From an uncultured Actinomycetes bacterium (GTDB taxonomy: Bacteria; Actinomycetota; Thermoleophilia; Gaiellales; JAICJC01), in the NCBI GenBank assembly GCA_963805545.1, contig CAWDUU010000003.1:386545-450544 (forward strand): a DNA stretch of 64,000 nucleotides, written 5' to 3'. The notes under the pieces are model-generated. The model searched no databases, was not told the origin of the DNA, and worked only from the letters and a program-made list of their open reading frames with translations. Below are positions 63,532 through 64,000 of the stretch, piece after piece. Position 1 is the stretch's first letter; each line of letters opens with the position of its first letter. The translations under genes were made by a program, and so were the position numbers.

Positions 63532-64000
63532 ATGAGCGTGAGCGACGAGCGCGTGCTCCTGCGCGGCACCGCCGCCAACGTGGTGGGGCTCCTGGCGGGC
63601 GTGGCGGCGGCATTCGGCGTGCAGGTGCTGCTGGGGCGGGCGCTTCCGGCGGGCGGCCTGGCGCTCGTCACGATCGCCGTCCAGGTCGCGTTCGTGGCCT
63701 CGGCCGGCGCCCGGTTCGGGATGGACGTCGCGGCGGTCAGGCTCGTCGCCATCGCCCAGGGAGCCGGCGGGCCCGCGACGCTCCGGAGCCTGGTCGACCG
63801 CTGCGCCGGCGTCGCGGCCGTCGCCTCGGTGGCGGCCGCGGCCGCGATCGCCGCGGCGTCGCCGCTCACCGGCGACCGGGCCGGCGCGATCGCGATCGGC
63901 GCGGCCGGCCTGCCCTTCATCGCCGTCGCGAACGTCTATCTCGGGGCGACGCGCGGCATGAAGCGGATGGGCCCGACGCTGGCCGTCTTCTGGATCGGCC
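63532..64000 (+). CDS. Polytopic membrane protein, probably a Wzx/MOP-type polysaccharide flippase; 5' fragment that runs off the window
   Basis: The ATG at 63532 opens a frame that stays open to the window end (MSVSDERVLLRGTAANVVGLLAGVAAAFGVQVLLGRAL...). Consecutive hydrophobic helices fit a Wzx-like N-terminus. It is not in the ORF track because no stop lies in the window. Confidence 0.5.
   Translation, partial: MSVSDERVLLRGTAANVVGLLAGVAAAFGVQVLLGRALPAGGLALVTIAVQVAFVASAGARFGMDVAAVRLVAIAQGAGGPATLRSLVDRCAGVAAVASVAAAAAIAAASPLTGDRAGAIAIGAAGLPFIAVANVYLGATRGMKRMGPTLAVFWIG

Overview
This is a very GC-rich (roughly 70%+ by eye) bacterial chromosomal window that is almost fully coding. Gene content and order look like a deep-branching Gram-positive or actinobacterial lineage; a Thermoleophilia/Rubrobacteria-like origin is inference only.

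The backbone, mostly on the minus strand, is the conserved housekeeping array rsmI-[abrB-like]-metG-tatD-rsmA-ispE ... tRNA-Gln-glmU-prs-rplY(ctc)-pth ... mfd-[SurA-like]-mazG ... eno-pyk-ftsB-DUF501. Also present are an AddAB-type helicase-nuclease pair, nth, trxB, a ResA-CcmH-CcdA cytochrome c thiol-reduction module, a ferredoxin, lysA, a ROK glucokinase, an LCP protein and a GGDEF-EAL protein.

I found no rRNA, no CRISPR array and no recognisable defence island.

The accessory or unusual content, in rough order of interest:
- A stand-alone PheS-like class II aaRS core fused to an FDX-ACB-like domain, sitting behind a 300 nt structured leader.
- A GT4 glycosyltransferase translationally overlapped with a NodB-deacetylase::UPF0104 (MprF-like flippase) fusion and a lipoprotein.
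- A second envelope-glycosylation cassette (UPF0104 protein, GT2, secreted protein, two membrane proteins) inserted between pth and mfd.
- An IS200/RAYT-type HUH transposase bracketed by perfect 21 bp inverted palindromic repeats.
- An orphan protein made of two tandem Clp-N domains plus a zinc ribbon.
- A decayed NmrA-like gene.

None of these is proven to be a new system. All functional calls rest on motif recognition by eye, without database searches. Most long ORFs in the supplied track that are Arg/Pro/Gly-rich and antisense to the calls below are treated as GC-driven artefacts.
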